From: Clostridia bacterium
GTDB lineage: Bacteria > Bacillota > Clostridia > Christensenellales > UBA1242
Assembly: GCA_045637805.1 (NCBI GenBank)
Contig: JAZUAE010000018.1
Location: 9,703 to 73,702, forward strand
DNA length: 64,000 nucleotides
Reading direction: 5' to 3'
The notes under the pieces are model-generated. The model ran no database searches, was not told the DNA's origin, and saw nothing but the letters and a program-made list of their open reading frames with translations. Positions 53,457 through 63,415 of this stretch are shown piece after piece. Both the position numbers and the translations under genes were made by a program. How positions within the stretch are numbered: position 1 is the stretch's first letter; the number at the start of each line of letters is the position of its first letter.

Positions 53457-56400
53457 ATGAACAATTTCAAAATTAATGCTGAACGTTTGAATTTTGGAAC
53501 CGGAAACACTATTGAAATTAATCTTGAAGATTTACCAATTCTAAAAGATATTAAAATTGTTGATGCCGTTCTAAGTGTCAAACTTTCATCAGAAGCAACA
53601 AATGGTGAACATTTTGTTCACTATAAACCTATCCCCCTCTCAGATGATCATTGTGGATGGGAAAATATTGACAAAGTATTTGCGTCAGCAAACCAAATTC
53701 TAAAGATCAATATCAGTGATGAATTGCAAGATGCTTTTGATAATAACTCTACTAAAATCCAATTAATTTTTGATGGTTCTAATACGATTACATTTGCAAA
53801 TGATACAGAAAACGATTTCTTAAATATTGATTACATTTCGCTTTCTGAATATCAAAGTAATGGTAGTAGCCATAATATTGATTTGGGTAAAAGTGGAAAC
53901 GCTTCTATCGACTTAGTCACTGGTAAATTGTCGGTATCTACACCTGTAGTAAATTCAGACAATAACGTATTACCACTATCAATTGTAGCAAATTATCATT
54001 CGGTCAAAAACCCTAAAATGCCAGAAATTGGTATGCCTGATAATTGGAGTTTAAATGTGAACCAATTCTTGCTAAAAGAAGCAGATGCAAGTGGCTCACT
54101 GAAATTTACTTACATTGATAAAAATGGTAAGAACCAAATTATTGAAGAAAAATACTCTTATATAAACACAAATGGCGACAAAAAATACGCTTTAAGAAAA
54201 GACAAGTTTGATGATTCCAGCACTGAAGAAACTATTGTTACTGTAGACCTTGATGGAAATTATGTTGCAAAAGAAAAGACAACTGCTGAGGATGGCACAA
54301 TCCTTTATAATGAATACCCTATCACAACAGAACTAGTTGCACCATCTGGAATAAAATTAGTATCAAGTATAGAAAATGTGCCAGGTTACAAAAAGGTCAA
54401 CTTTGAACCTGAAGAACTAATTGAAGTTAAAACCCAAATTAAGCAGTTAAATGAAAATATACAAAATATAAATGATGCAATTGCTGTGAATAATAAACAA
54501 TTTTGTATTTCTGCTTTAAATAGATTTTCACTAATTGAACAATTGAAGGCACAACAAAAAAATATTAATGACACATATAAACATTTAGAAATTCAAGAAC
54601 TAATTGAAAAACTAAAACAAGATGCTGTTAGACAAAATAGATACTATAGAATTACTACAAATGATGGTTTTAGCGATGAAGAAAAAGAAGATAAACCATA
54701 TTATACGCAAACAGACATTAAAAGTGTTGTTGAATCTTTAGGAAATAACATATTCACGAAAGAAACAATAGATGAACTACTTAGCCATTATCCAATTGAC
54801 GATATAGGCCCAACTACTAACTTTTTAATTGATACTGCTGTAAACGTACCATCAACTGGCGGTAGTGGAATTCCTGAGGCAACACCAGCCGTTGATACAT
54901 CTACATCCCCAACAATCGAAGCAACGCCTGGCGTGGATAACGATGACGATGAAATTGCTGCCATAGAAGAATGGGAAGATTACGTTGTTAAAGGGACATT
55001 ACTTGCCAATGAATCTTCAACACTTTATTCTCTTGGTTTAAAAAATGAAGCTGGTGAAACTGTATTGAAAGGTTCTATTGATAAACAATTAGAGACAAAT
55101 GACTTAAATTATTCTCTATATAACTATGCAATTTCTTCTACAATGTTTAATTCCATTATTTTACAAGCAATAGAAAAATTTAAGAATCTTGATGGTGTTA
55201 CTCAATTAAAAGAGTCCTCAAACGAACTTTATAATATGTTATTATATAAATTGGGTTCTGGAACTGAAGAATATCCATATAACGAAAATATCATTACTAT
55301 CGCATATAAGGATCTTCTATCAATTGATTTACAAATTGAAAATGCAATAAATAGTTATTGCCAATATACTAAAACACGAGATGAGTATATTGAACAATTA
55401 TGTAAATATGAGCACCAACTTAAACTTCTAGAAATGCAAGTTCCTATTCACTATTTATATGATGCAAATAATATTGTTTACGGATTTGGAAAAACTTTCG
55501 ATCAAAATAATAAAGAGTTAGATGTTTATAGGCTAATATTAATTACCGACGCATATGAAAATTTAATTACAATTAATTATCAATCAGAAACTTCTCACAA
55601 AATTGATAATATTGTTGATTCAACAAATCGAATTATCGCTTTTACATACTCTGATGAAAGTGGATTAATTAAAGAAGTCGTTGATGCTCGAGATAGAAAA
55701 ACTTGTTTTGAAATATTCGATTCCAAATTGACTCATATTGATCGTATAAGTGGTCATACTTCATTTCAATATGATTCAAATGGTGAATATTTATCAATTA
55801 GAGACCATTCTGGTGTTGGTGTTAAATTTATACTTAACAAATCAAATAAAGTTTTACGTGTTGACCAATTATCTACCATAAAAAGTGTTAGCAATAAAAA
55901 CGTAGAATATCTTACAAACACAGATAATGATGTAGTTGCCGACAATTATATTATTTTCGATTATCTCAACTATAAATCAACATCCCTAACAAATGCTCAT
56001 GGCAAAATTATCACATATCTTTTTAATAAATATGGAAATGTTTCAACAATTTATGAAAACAAATATAATCCAAATAAAGATGAAAATAATTTGATTGATG
56101 ACAATTCAATGTGTGATGATGATATTATAGTTAGTTCTTTCGTTAAGCAATTTGATTACAAAGACAAAAAAGTATCATTATCAATTTCAAAATACCCATA
56201 CTCTATCGATTATTTGGAAACTGCAACTTATGATGAATCAAAAGTTCAACAAGTTTGTCAACAATCAACCAGTACTAAATATGATAATTTATATTTAGGA
56301 GATGAACTCATTTGCAGCTCTACAAATATTCCATCAGATTATATCATTCTACACAATCACTACACTTTCAAAGATGGTTTTTCTTCTGTAAACATGTCAG

Positions 56401-59400
56401 TCAATGATGAACTGATTAAAAAAATACTTTCTGAACATTGCCACAAACTTCTTATTTTATCTGCTTGGGCAAAAGCTGAAAATTCAGCATTTATTATTAC
56501 TGATGAAAACACAATCGACTACCCTACTTATGATATAACGCGAAAATTCGAAATACGTGCTGAAATAAAATACTCTCACAAATCAGATGTCATTTCTTTC
56601 TCAAAGTCATTTGACTGGCGTAATACAGATTGGCAATATTGTGCTTTACCTATTTTTATCGAAGACTTACCAACCGATTCAACAATTGAAAGTTTTAATT
56701 GTTATATTGACTATTCTAATAATATAGGAGAAATTGAATTTACTAATCTAGAATTAAAATTAGGTGATTTTGAAAAAACAGAATACAACTCTGATATGTT
56801 ACCTATAAAAATTGAACAAGGTCATTCAGATTGGATCAAAACTTTCACTTATAATAACAATAAACAATTAACTAAGGAAACTATTCTCAGGAAAGTAGTT
56901 AAAGAAAATGTTCAAAACATATTTGAAAAGCACTACTTTTATAACAAAACTGGTAAGTGCATTAAAACAATTGATTTTAATGGGATTGTAACTGAATCTG
57001 TGCTCAATAATAAAGGTAGCATTGTAAAAACATTAATATATAATAAAAATGAGCCAAGCAATGTTTTCTGCCAAGAAACATCTCTAAACGAAAAAGGAGA
57101 AACTATTGGTGAAGTTAACGAATTTGGGGAGAAACTTGTAGATTATACTTATAAGGACGGAACAAATATTATTGAACATCAAATAGATATGAATGATGTT
57201 AAAACCTCATATGGATACTCTGAAGATGATACATTGATAGAATCAACCATAACAATCGATGGTGAGAATAACACCAATACTTATGGATATACTCTAGATC
57301 ATTTAACTGGATTGCGACATAATAACTTCGAAATAAACTTTGATTACGACAACTTACATAGATGCAATAAAATTAGTATTGATGAAACAACATATCTCAC
57401 ACGTGAATTTGATGAAAATGATAAAAATATTGAATTTGTAACCCTTGGAACTAACGAAACTTATAAAAAGGTTCTTAATAATGATGGTAAACTTCTACAA
57501 TTATATTACATACCTAGTAATTCTTCTGATGAAATTATGCTTATTCAAAACATCTATGATGTGTTTGGCAATTTAATTTATTGTGAAAATAAAGAAGATA
57601 ACACCTTTTATAAATTCTATATAGATCAATTTGGAAATACTTACAAAGAAGAATCATTGCAACACAACAACACTGTTACTATTAGCAATGAATATGACTC
57701 AAATCATAAAAATATTGAAACTTCTATAATTGAAATTAAGAATGAAAATGAGATAACTCCTTTACAATATGATTATATTTATTCTGATTCTCCAACATCG
57801 GAATTGTTAAGTATTATGCTACCAAATAAAGAAACTCAACATATCGAATATGACAAACTTGGTAGAATAAGTAAATTTGTTATTAATAATATTGTAAAAG
57901 AATTCACATACCTAAAAAACGGAAATAGAACATCTAATTTAATTTCAAAACTAAATTATTCAAATGGAACACTAATCAATGATGTTCTTTCTTACAAATA
58001 TGACCACAATGGAAACATTATAGAAATTAGAAAATCAAATGAACTAGTTGCCCGCTACAAATACGATTCTCTTTCTAGAATTATTCGTGAAGATAATAAA
58101 TTGTTAAATAAAACCCAGACATATGAATATGATGGTGGCGGAAATATTACGATTCACAAAGAATATGCTTATACCCTATCTGACAATTTGAATTACGAAG
58201 AATATAAATCATTTAAATATTCTTATCCAATATTGGGTTGGCGTGATCAACTTCAAGCATATAATGGACAAATATTTACATATGATAATATTGGTAATCC
58301 TACTAAATATCGTGATATAGACTTAACATGGAGTCATGGTAGACAATTAGATAAATATGGAGATATTGCATCATATTTTTATAATTCAAATGGTATTAGA
58401 ACCACTAAAATTGCAAATGGGTTTACTACCAATTTCTACTTGAGTGGAAATAAAATTATAAGGCAACGAGATGCATCTAACGATATTATTTTCTATTATG
58501 GAGCTAATGGCGTCACAGGTTTCCATATTACAAGTAATAATGCGACATACAATAATGAACCTTTAAACCACGACTTCTATTATAAAAAGAATGTTCAAAA
58601 CGATATAATTGGAATTTATGATTACAATGGAAAGGAAATAATACAATATGTCTATGATGCATGGGGAAATCACATTGCTATCAATACTGAAACATTAGAA
58701 CCACTTGACATTCACACCCCTTCTAAGTATACTAATACTAGTGATATAGTAAACTTTATTGCTACTAAAAACCCTTTCAGATATCGTTCTTACTATTATG
58801 ACTTTGAAACTGGTTTTTATTATCTAAATAGTCGTTATTATGATCCAGAACTCGGAAGATTTATAAATGCTGATGATTTAAGCTATCTAGACCCTAATCA
58901 CTTTAATGGATTAAACCTTTATACATATTGTATAAACAATCCAATAAATCTTTCTGATGAAAATGGTAATGCCTGGTGGGATTGGATTTGGAAAGGGATT
59001 GTCGGCGCCCTTGTCGTTGTCGCAGTTACCGCTGCTGTAGTTATTACAGCTGGTACTGCTGCCGTTGCACTTGGAGCATCTATTGGAACAGCAGTCGGAG
59101 TAATGAGCGGAGCCGCTGTTGGTGGTTTGGTTGCTGGAGGTGTATCACTAGTTGGACAAGCAGTAACTGTTGGTTTGGACAATTTAAACTTCGGAACTTT
59201 GGCCATTGACACATTTAGTGGAGCTGCATATGGCGGAATTACTGGTGGAATTAGTTCAATTGGTACAATTGGAGCTCAAATTATAGGTGGAGTTTCCAAA
59301 GTTGCATTGAATGGATTAACCACAATGATGCATGGATTTAACGATGGATTATCCGCAAATGAAACGTTTACCAATGTTGGTAAAAGCATGTTAACATCTT

Positions 59401-59600
59401 TAATAATTCAATCCACGATTATTGGGGGTGGTCAACTCGCAAAATTTATGCATTTTGGCACAGTTGCCAAAAGCAACAACAGCATTATCAATTTTATAAA
59501 GAACTCAATAGATTTTATAAAGGACAATACAAATTTTAGAATCGCAATGGTGCAACTGTTTGTCGGTGTATTAAATATATTCAAAAGACTGTATAAATAG
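53457..59600 (+). CDS. RHS/YD-repeat polymorphic toxin (2047 aa) with hydrophobic Gly/Ala-rich C-terminal domain
   Basis: Many YD repeats (YKYDHNGNIIEI, YEYDGGGNITIH, FTYDNIGNPTKY, YVYDAWGNHIAI). RHS core end YYDPELGRFINADD...LYTYCINNPINLSDENGN. About 210-aa C-terminal tail after the core. AAAGGAGA SD. Confidence 0.9.
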   Translation: MNNFKINAERLNFGTGNTIEINLEDLPILKDIKIVDAVLSVKLSSEATNGEHFVHYKPIPLSDDHCGWENIDKVFASANQILKINISDELQDAFDNNSTKIQLIFDGSNTITFANDTENDFLNIDYISLSEYQSNGSSHNIDLGKSGNASIDLVTGKLSVSTPVVNSDNNVLPLSIVANYHSVKNPKMPEIGMPDNWSLNVNQFLLKEADASGSLKFTYIDKNGKNQIIEEKYSYINTNGDKKYALRKDKFDDSSTEETIVTVDLDGNYVAKEKTTAEDGTILYNEYPITTELVAPSGIKLVSSIENVPGYKKVNFEPEELIEVKTQIKQLNENIQNINDAIAVNNKQFCISALNRFSLIEQLKAQQKNINDTYKHLEIQELIEKLKQDAVRQNRYYRITTNDGFSDEEKEDKPYYTQTDIKSVVESLGNNIFTKETIDELLSHYPIDDIGPTTNFLIDTAVNVPSTGGSGIPEATPAVDTSTSPTIEATPGVDNDDDEIAAIEEWEDYVVKGTLLANESSTLYSLGLKNEAGETVLKGSIDKQLETNDLNYSLYNYAISSTMFNSIILQAIEKFKNLDGVTQLKESSNELYNMLLYKLGSGTEEYPYNENIITIAYKDLLSIDLQIENAINSYCQYTKTRDEYIEQLCKYEHQLKLLEMQVPIHYLYDANNIVYGFGKTFDQNNKELDVYRLILITDAYENLITINYQSETSHKIDNIVDSTNRIIAFTYSDESGLIKEVVDARDRKTCFEIFDSKLTHIDRISGHTSFQYDSNGEYLSIRDHSGVGVKFILNKSNKVLRVDQLSTIKSVSNKNVEYLTNTDNDVVADNYIIFDYLNYKSTSLTNAHGKIITYLFNKYGNVSTIYENKYNPNKDENNLIDDNSMCDDDIIVSSFVKQFDYKDKKVSLSISKYPYSIDYLETATYDESKVQQVCQQSTSTKYDNLYLGDELICSSTNIPSDYIILHNHYTFKDGFSSVNMSVNDELIKKILSEHCHKLLILSAWAKAENSAFIITDENTIDYPTYDITRKFEIRAEIKYSHKSDVISFSKSFDWRNTDWQYCALPIFIEDLPTDSTIESFNCYIDYSNNIGEIEFTNLELKLGDFEKTEYNSDMLPIKIEQGHSDWIKTFTYNNNKQLTKETILRKVVKENVQNIFEKHYFYNKTGKCIKTIDFNGIVTESVLNNKGSIVKTLIYNKNEPSNVFCQETSLNEKGETIGEVNEFGEKLVDYTYKDGTNIIEHQIDMNDVKTSYGYSEDDTLIESTITIDGENNTNTYGYTLDHLTGLRHNNFEINFDYDNLHRCNKISIDETTYLTREFDENDKNIEFVTLGTNETYKKVLNNDGKLLQLYYIPSNSSDEIMLIQNIYDVFGNLIYCENKEDNTFYKFYIDQFGNTYKEESLQHNNTVTISNEYDSNHKNIETSIIEIKNENEITPLQYDYIYSDSPTSELLSIMLPNKETQHIEYDKLGRISKFVINNIVKEFTYLKNGNRTSNLISKLNYSNGTLINDVLSYKYDHNGNIIEIRKSNELVARYKYDSLSRIIREDNKLLNKTQTYEYDGGGNITIHKEYAYTLSDNLNYEEYKSFKYSYPILGWRDQLQAYNGQIFTYDNIGNPTKYRDIDLTWSHGRQLDKYGDIASYFYNSNGIRTTKIANGFTTNFYLSGNKIIRQRDASNDIIFYYGANGVTGFHITSNNATYNNEPLNHDFYYKKNVQNDIIGIYDYNGKEIIQYVYDAWGNHIAINTETLEPLDIHTPSKYTNTSDIVNFIATKNPFRYRSYYYDFETGFYYLNSRYYDPELGRFINADDLSYLDPNHFNGLNLYTYCINNPINLSDENGNAWWDWIWKGIVGALVVVAVTAAVVITAGTAAVALGASIGTAVGVMSGAAVGGLVAGGVSLVGQAVTVGLDNLNFGTLAIDTFSGAAYGGITGGISSIGTIGAQIIGGVSKVALNGLTTMMHGFNDGLSANETFTNVGKSMLTSLIIQSTIIGGGQLAKFMHFGTVAKSNNSIINFIKNSIDFIKDNTNFRIAMVQLFVGVLNIFKRLYK

Positions 59601-59608
59601 GAGGATTT

Positions 59609-59797
59609 ATGGTTGTTTTAAACTTCATTTGGTACTGTATTCAATGTATGTTTAGCTGTTTTACAGCTATGTTTGGGCATGTACCAGATAATTTCACTGT
59701 TAAAGAAATTCTAATCGGATGCACTACATTCATTGTAATTGGAATTATTATATTTCTTCTTTTATGGTTAATTGGAGTAATTAAAATAAAAAAATAA
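59609..59797 (+). CDS. small two-TM membrane protein, candidate immunity protein
   Basis: 62 aa. AGGAGG SD overlaps the RHS stop. Two hydrophobic helices. Position typical of an RHS immunity gene. Confidence 0.5.
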   Translation: MVVLNFIWYCIQCMFSCFTAMFGHVPDNFTVKEILIGCTTFIVIGIIIFLLLWLIGVIKIKK

Positions 59798-59803
59798 ATA
59801 ATA

Positions 59804-59838
59804 AAAGACAAGACAAATGATGCCTTGTCTTTTATTTG
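59804..59838 (+). terminator. intrinsic terminator after the RHS operon
   Basis: AAAGACAAG-N11-CTTGTCTTT followed by TATTT. Confidence 0.6.
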
Positions 59839-59864
59839 ACATTTGTTATTTTAATGAGTATTCT
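59836..59864 (+). promoter_or_regulatory. sigma-A-type promoter for the lipoprotein gene
   Basis: TTGACA, 17 nt, then TATTCT. AGTGAGGT SD downstream. Confidence 0.45.
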
Positions 59865-59884
59865 TTAAGTGAGGTATATTTATT

Positions 59885-60379
59885 ATGAAGAAATTTTTTA
59901 CATTCTTATTTTGTTTAATTTTACCATTTTGCATTTTACTAACAGGTTGTAGTAACGAACCCCAAAATGAAACACCGAAACAAATTACCCTACAACAAAT
60001 TATAGCATTAATTAATGAATCAGAAAAGCCAAATATAACAGGATATGAAAATCTTCAAATTCATTCTCAAATGTCTGAAACTCTAGATACCCTTCATTCT
60101 TGGAGAAATAAATTAGAATTACAGAACGTTAATGGATCAAACCTTACAATGCTCTATTCCTTACACTACTATCCTTCAAGTAGTGTAAATACTCGTTTTT
60201 ACATCTACATGTTTAAATTTACAAACTCTGAGGATGCAATGCATTGCTCTAAAAATTATTATCCTGAAACATCATATATAAATAAAAACAACTGCACTGT
60301 AAAAACATATGGGAACTTAGCTATATATGTTGACAATACAATTTCTGATTTTGTGTTTAATTTAATCGACACAATATAA
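59885..60379 (+). CDS. lipoprotein
   Basis: Signal peptide with lipobox ILLTGC (MKKFFTFLFCLILPFCILLTGCSNE). Confidence 0.75.
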   Translation: MKKFFTFLFCLILPFCILLTGCSNEPQNETPKQITLQQIIALINESEKPNITGYENLQIHSQMSETLDTLHSWRNKLELQNVNGSNLTMLYSLHYYPSSSVNTRFYIYMFKFTNSEDAMHCSKNYYPETSYINKNNCTVKTYGNLAIYVDNTISDFVFNLIDTI

Positions 60380-60395
60380 TAACTAAAAATTTACA

Positions 60396-60431
60396 CAAAA
60401 AAAGAGATAGGTTTATTCCCTATCTCTTTTT
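60396..60431. terminator. bidirectional terminator between convergent genes
   Basis: AAGAGATAGG-tttattc-CCTATCTCTT flanked by A- and T-runs. Confidence 0.6.
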
Positions 60432-60432
60432 C

Positions 60433-60888
60433 TTATACATCCATATTGTTTCCTATTCTAGTTTTTAAAATATTATAAGCATCTTCAAGTGTTGGATTCT
60501 CTTTATTATAATTATATTCATTAATCTCAGCTTTATATAGTATCTTTACTGGGTTATTAATAAATGGAATGAGATCACTAAAATAATTATACTTTTTCAT
60601 AACATTCAATGCATATTCTTTAAAATCATCGTTTGTATCCGCATACAAAGAGTAATAAAGTGAACTATTTAAATTATGTAAATCTTGAATGTTTGATTCA
60701 TTAGCATTTTCCAATAACACCCTCAATTCTTCTTTTGCTTTTTCATAAAGTGGCAACATTTGTTTTTCCTTTAATCTTTCATCTTCATTTGGATAAACAA
60801 TAAAGCCTATTTTTAGCACAGAATCGTCAACTTTTACTGTGGATGGGTCAATTCTATAATAATGATTAAATTGTTCTTTTAAAGCCAT
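60433..60888 (-). CDS. hypothetical protein
   Basis: 151-aa ORF, last gene of the cluster. Confidence 0.4.
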   Translation of the reverse strand: MALKEQFNHYYRIDPSTVKVDDSVLKIGFIVYPNEDERLKEKQMLPLYEKAKEELRVLLENANESNIQDLHNLNSSLYYSLYADTNDDFKEYALNVMKKYNYFSDLIPFINNPVKILYKAEINEYNYNKENPTLEDAYNILKTRIGNNMDV

Positions 60889-60897
60889 AATCTTCTC

Positions 60898-61986
60898 CTA
60901 TACATAAATTTTTAATACACCGGCACCACCATTGCCGCCCCATCGATTTGTTGCAGCATGTTTACCGCCACCAGATCCGCCACCAGTAGGTCCTCCTGCA
61001 GCTCCGTCAATAGCATCGCCCGTAGATCTTCCACCTTTTCCTGCATAACCGCAACCACCACAACCAGTAGCAGTTCCAGAACCTGTTCTTCCATCATTTG
61101 AATATCCTGGTGAATAAGTAAAGATTTCTCCATTTGTAGCACCTTCTGGAGAATATTTTGTTGCTTCTTGTTTTGATGTTGACTTTGATGTTACACCATA
61201 TGTTCCACCACTAGCACCACTAGCAGTTTTTAATATATACAATGTAAATCCATTGCAATTCAATCTTGTGCCAGTACCTGTAGGATTTGAACTTCCACCA
61301 CTACCTGCTGGACCTTCGTTACCTGATCCACCAGCACCGCCATAAGCTCCAACAATGCTTGATGTTCCATTGTAAATATAAGATGATCCACCACCGGCGC
61401 CACCACCGCCATCTTTACCACATGTACCACCGCTACCTATTGTAATTTTTATAGAGCCTGATGCTGCCGTTAAATATAAGCAAGCACTCAACATTCCACC
61501 GCCGCCAGCTCCTGACCCAACATGGTTTACAAATACACCCCATTGACTTGATCCACCGCCACCACCGGCACCAAATATAGATACAATAAAAACCTTTCTC
61601 TTTTGAGTAGTTGTTGATAATTGAGTACCTGATGCAGAATTTTCAGTAGTACTTAGCCAAACTTCGCCATTTTCAAACCAGTTTAAATAATAAGTTCCCG
61701 CACCTGTTGACACCAATTCCGTTTTGAAATCTGGTCTATGTCCAATCTTTGAGATAGATGCTGGAGATCCATTTATCTTTAGCTTCCCATCTAAATTTTC
61801 AGATTGTGCATAAATATAATCACTTGAAGGTGTAGCTGTTGTTCTTTCTGATGATGAGGTAAGTACTCCAGCTATTTTCAGAGCTTCTGGGCTGTATGAC
61901 AATACCCCACCATCTATCATTGAAGAATTGGTTGTAATTTCAACCAGTTCTCGCACATCTTTATTGTTATATGTAAATTTTCCCAT
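60898..61986 (-). CDS. glycine-rich tail-fibre-type protein
   Basis: Repeated GxGGxGG / GGAGGxG blocks through the C-terminal 230 aa. N-terminal non-repetitive domain. Confidence 0.55.
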   Translation of the reverse strand: MGKFTYNNKDVRELVEITTNSSMIDGGVLSYSPEALKIAGVLTSSSERTTATPSSDYIYAQSENLDGKLKINGSPASISKIGHRPDFKTELVSTGAGTYYLNWFENGEVWLSTTENSASGTQLSTTTQKRKVFIVSIFGAGGGGGSSQWGVFVNHVGSGAGGGGMLSACLYLTAASGSIKITIGSGGTCGKDGGGGAGGGSSYIYNGTSSIVGAYGGAGGSGNEGPAGSGGSSNPTGTGTRLNCNGFTLYILKTASGASGGTYGVTSKSTSKQEATKYSPEGATNGEIFTYSPGYSNDGRTGSGTATGCGGCGYAGKGGRSTGDAIDGAAGGPTGGGSGGGKHAATNRWGGNGGAGVLKIYV

Positions 61987-61995
61987 AATACTCTC

Positions 61996-62457
61996 CTATG
62001 AAATACTGCTAACTAAATTAACTGACAACACATCAAGTTGTCCTTCTGTTGTTAGTTTCATTTTTGCTACATTATTATACTTAAAATAAACATTGTTACC
62101 TTCAACAGAAATAGTCCAACTCGTTGTTTCTGATGCACTACTCTTCAATCCCAGTGAACCTGTGAGGGTTCCACCTGCAAGTGGTAAGCATTTTTCAACA
62201 TCTTCTTTTAATGCGATTTCTTTATCGTTATAGGTTGGTCTTGTTTGACTTCCTCTAATTTTTGTTTGCAAAGCTGCATTGCCTAGTAACGTGGTATTGT
62301 TTCCATCTATACCACACATTGTTCCTACCTCTGTACCATCACTTTTTGTAGCACAAATTCTACCATTTTTACCTAGTTGAATTCCATTGGTCTCTTCTTG
62401 TCCAATGAAAACTTTTCCTTCGACATCTAGTGTACCTTTACATTTAATATTTGCCAT
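61996..62457 (-). CDS. hypothetical tail-fibre-associated protein
   Basis: 153-aa ORF between the two fibre-like genes. Confidence 0.4.
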   Translation of the reverse strand: MANIKCKGTLDVEGKVFIGQEETNGIQLGKNGRICATKSDGTEVGTMCGIDGNNTTLLGNAALQTKIRGSQTRPTYNDKEIALKEDVEKCLPLAGGTLTGSLGLKSSASETTSWTISVEGNNVYFKYNNVAKMKLTTEGQLDVLSVNLVSSIS

Positions 62458-62481
62458 AATTTTCTCCTTATTTTTTATTTA

Positions 62482-63405
62482 TTAAAACTCAAAAGTATAT
62501 GTTCCTGTATTTGAGTCATAAGTTGCACTTACATTTGTAATTATTGGTTTTCCCTCTAATACCGCAACCCTATTAGAAACGTTTATAATGTTTGTATTTA
62601 ATTCTTGATCTTTAGCATTTAATGATTGAACTGTTGATTCAAAAGTTGATTTGTCTGCTTTTGTATTTGCATCAAACTCAGGAGTATATACTCCATCCAC
62701 TTTAACTTTTGTACCTTGTTGTGCAACGACTTGTTGAGCCAACTCTTCTACTGCTGCCTTTGTTTCTTCAGATGTTGTTCGTGAGGTTTCAGCAATTGTT
62801 TTAGCCTCCTCGGCAATAGTTTTAGCTTCCGCTGATGTTGTATTTGCTTGAGTTGATGTTGTATTTGCATTTGTAGCTGTTGTTACTGCACTTTCCGCTT
62901 TTGTATTGGCACTTGCTGATACATTATTAGCATTTGTAGCAATTGTTTTGGCCTCCTCAGCAATAGTTTTTGCTTCCATTGCTGTTGCATTTGCCTGAGC
63001 CGATGTTGTATTAGCATTTGTAGCCGTTGCTACAGCATTGTCAGATTTTGTGTTCGCCTCTCCAGCAGTAGTATTGGCTTGCCCTGCTGTAACATTAGCA
63101 GAATTTGCCGTTACTACTGCATTATCTGCTTTAGTATTAGCATTTGTGGCAGTTGTCACTGCACTGTCTGATTTTGTATTGGCACTTGTGGCCATTGTTT
63201 CAGCTCTTGCTGCGGTATTATTCGCATCAACAATTCCCTGCTGAAATTCTCTCATTACTTCTTGGTCGATGGCTGTACCAGTATTAGTTGGTTCATCCGC
63301 CATTTCAACATCTACAAGCATTGTATCTGCTGTTTGGTTAATAATTTTTAATCTTTTTCTACCAGGATATGTAGATACTCTATCCTGAAAATCAAATTGC
63401 TTCAT
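62482..63405 (-). CDS. fibre-like protein with Ala/Thr/Asn periodic repeats
   Basis: ANTKSDSAVTTATNANTKADNAVVTANSANV..., with the duplicated block EAKTIAEEAKTIA. Confidence 0.5.
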   Translation of the reverse strand: MKQFDFQDRVSTYPGRKRLKIINQTADTMLVDVEMADEPTNTGTAIDQEVMREFQQGIVDANNTAARAETMATSANTKSDSAVTTATNANTKADNAVVTANSANVTAGQANTTAGEANTKSDNAVATATNANTTSAQANATAMEAKTIAEEAKTIATNANNVSASANTKAESAVTTATNANTTSTQANTTSAEAKTIAEEAKTIAETSRTTSEETKAAVEELAQQVVAQQGTKVKVDGVYTPEFDANTKADKSTFESTVQSLNAKDQELNTNIINVSNRVAVLEGKPIITNVSATYDSNTGTYTFEF

Positions 63406-63415
63406 AATATTCTCC

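Noticed and set aside
58919-59212. Alternative-frame ORFs (97 aa minus strand, 77 aa plus strand) inside the RHS 3' end
   Set aside because: They are by-products of the locally GC-rich, Gly/Ala-coding segment. They have no SD and are nested in a continuous 2047-aa frame.
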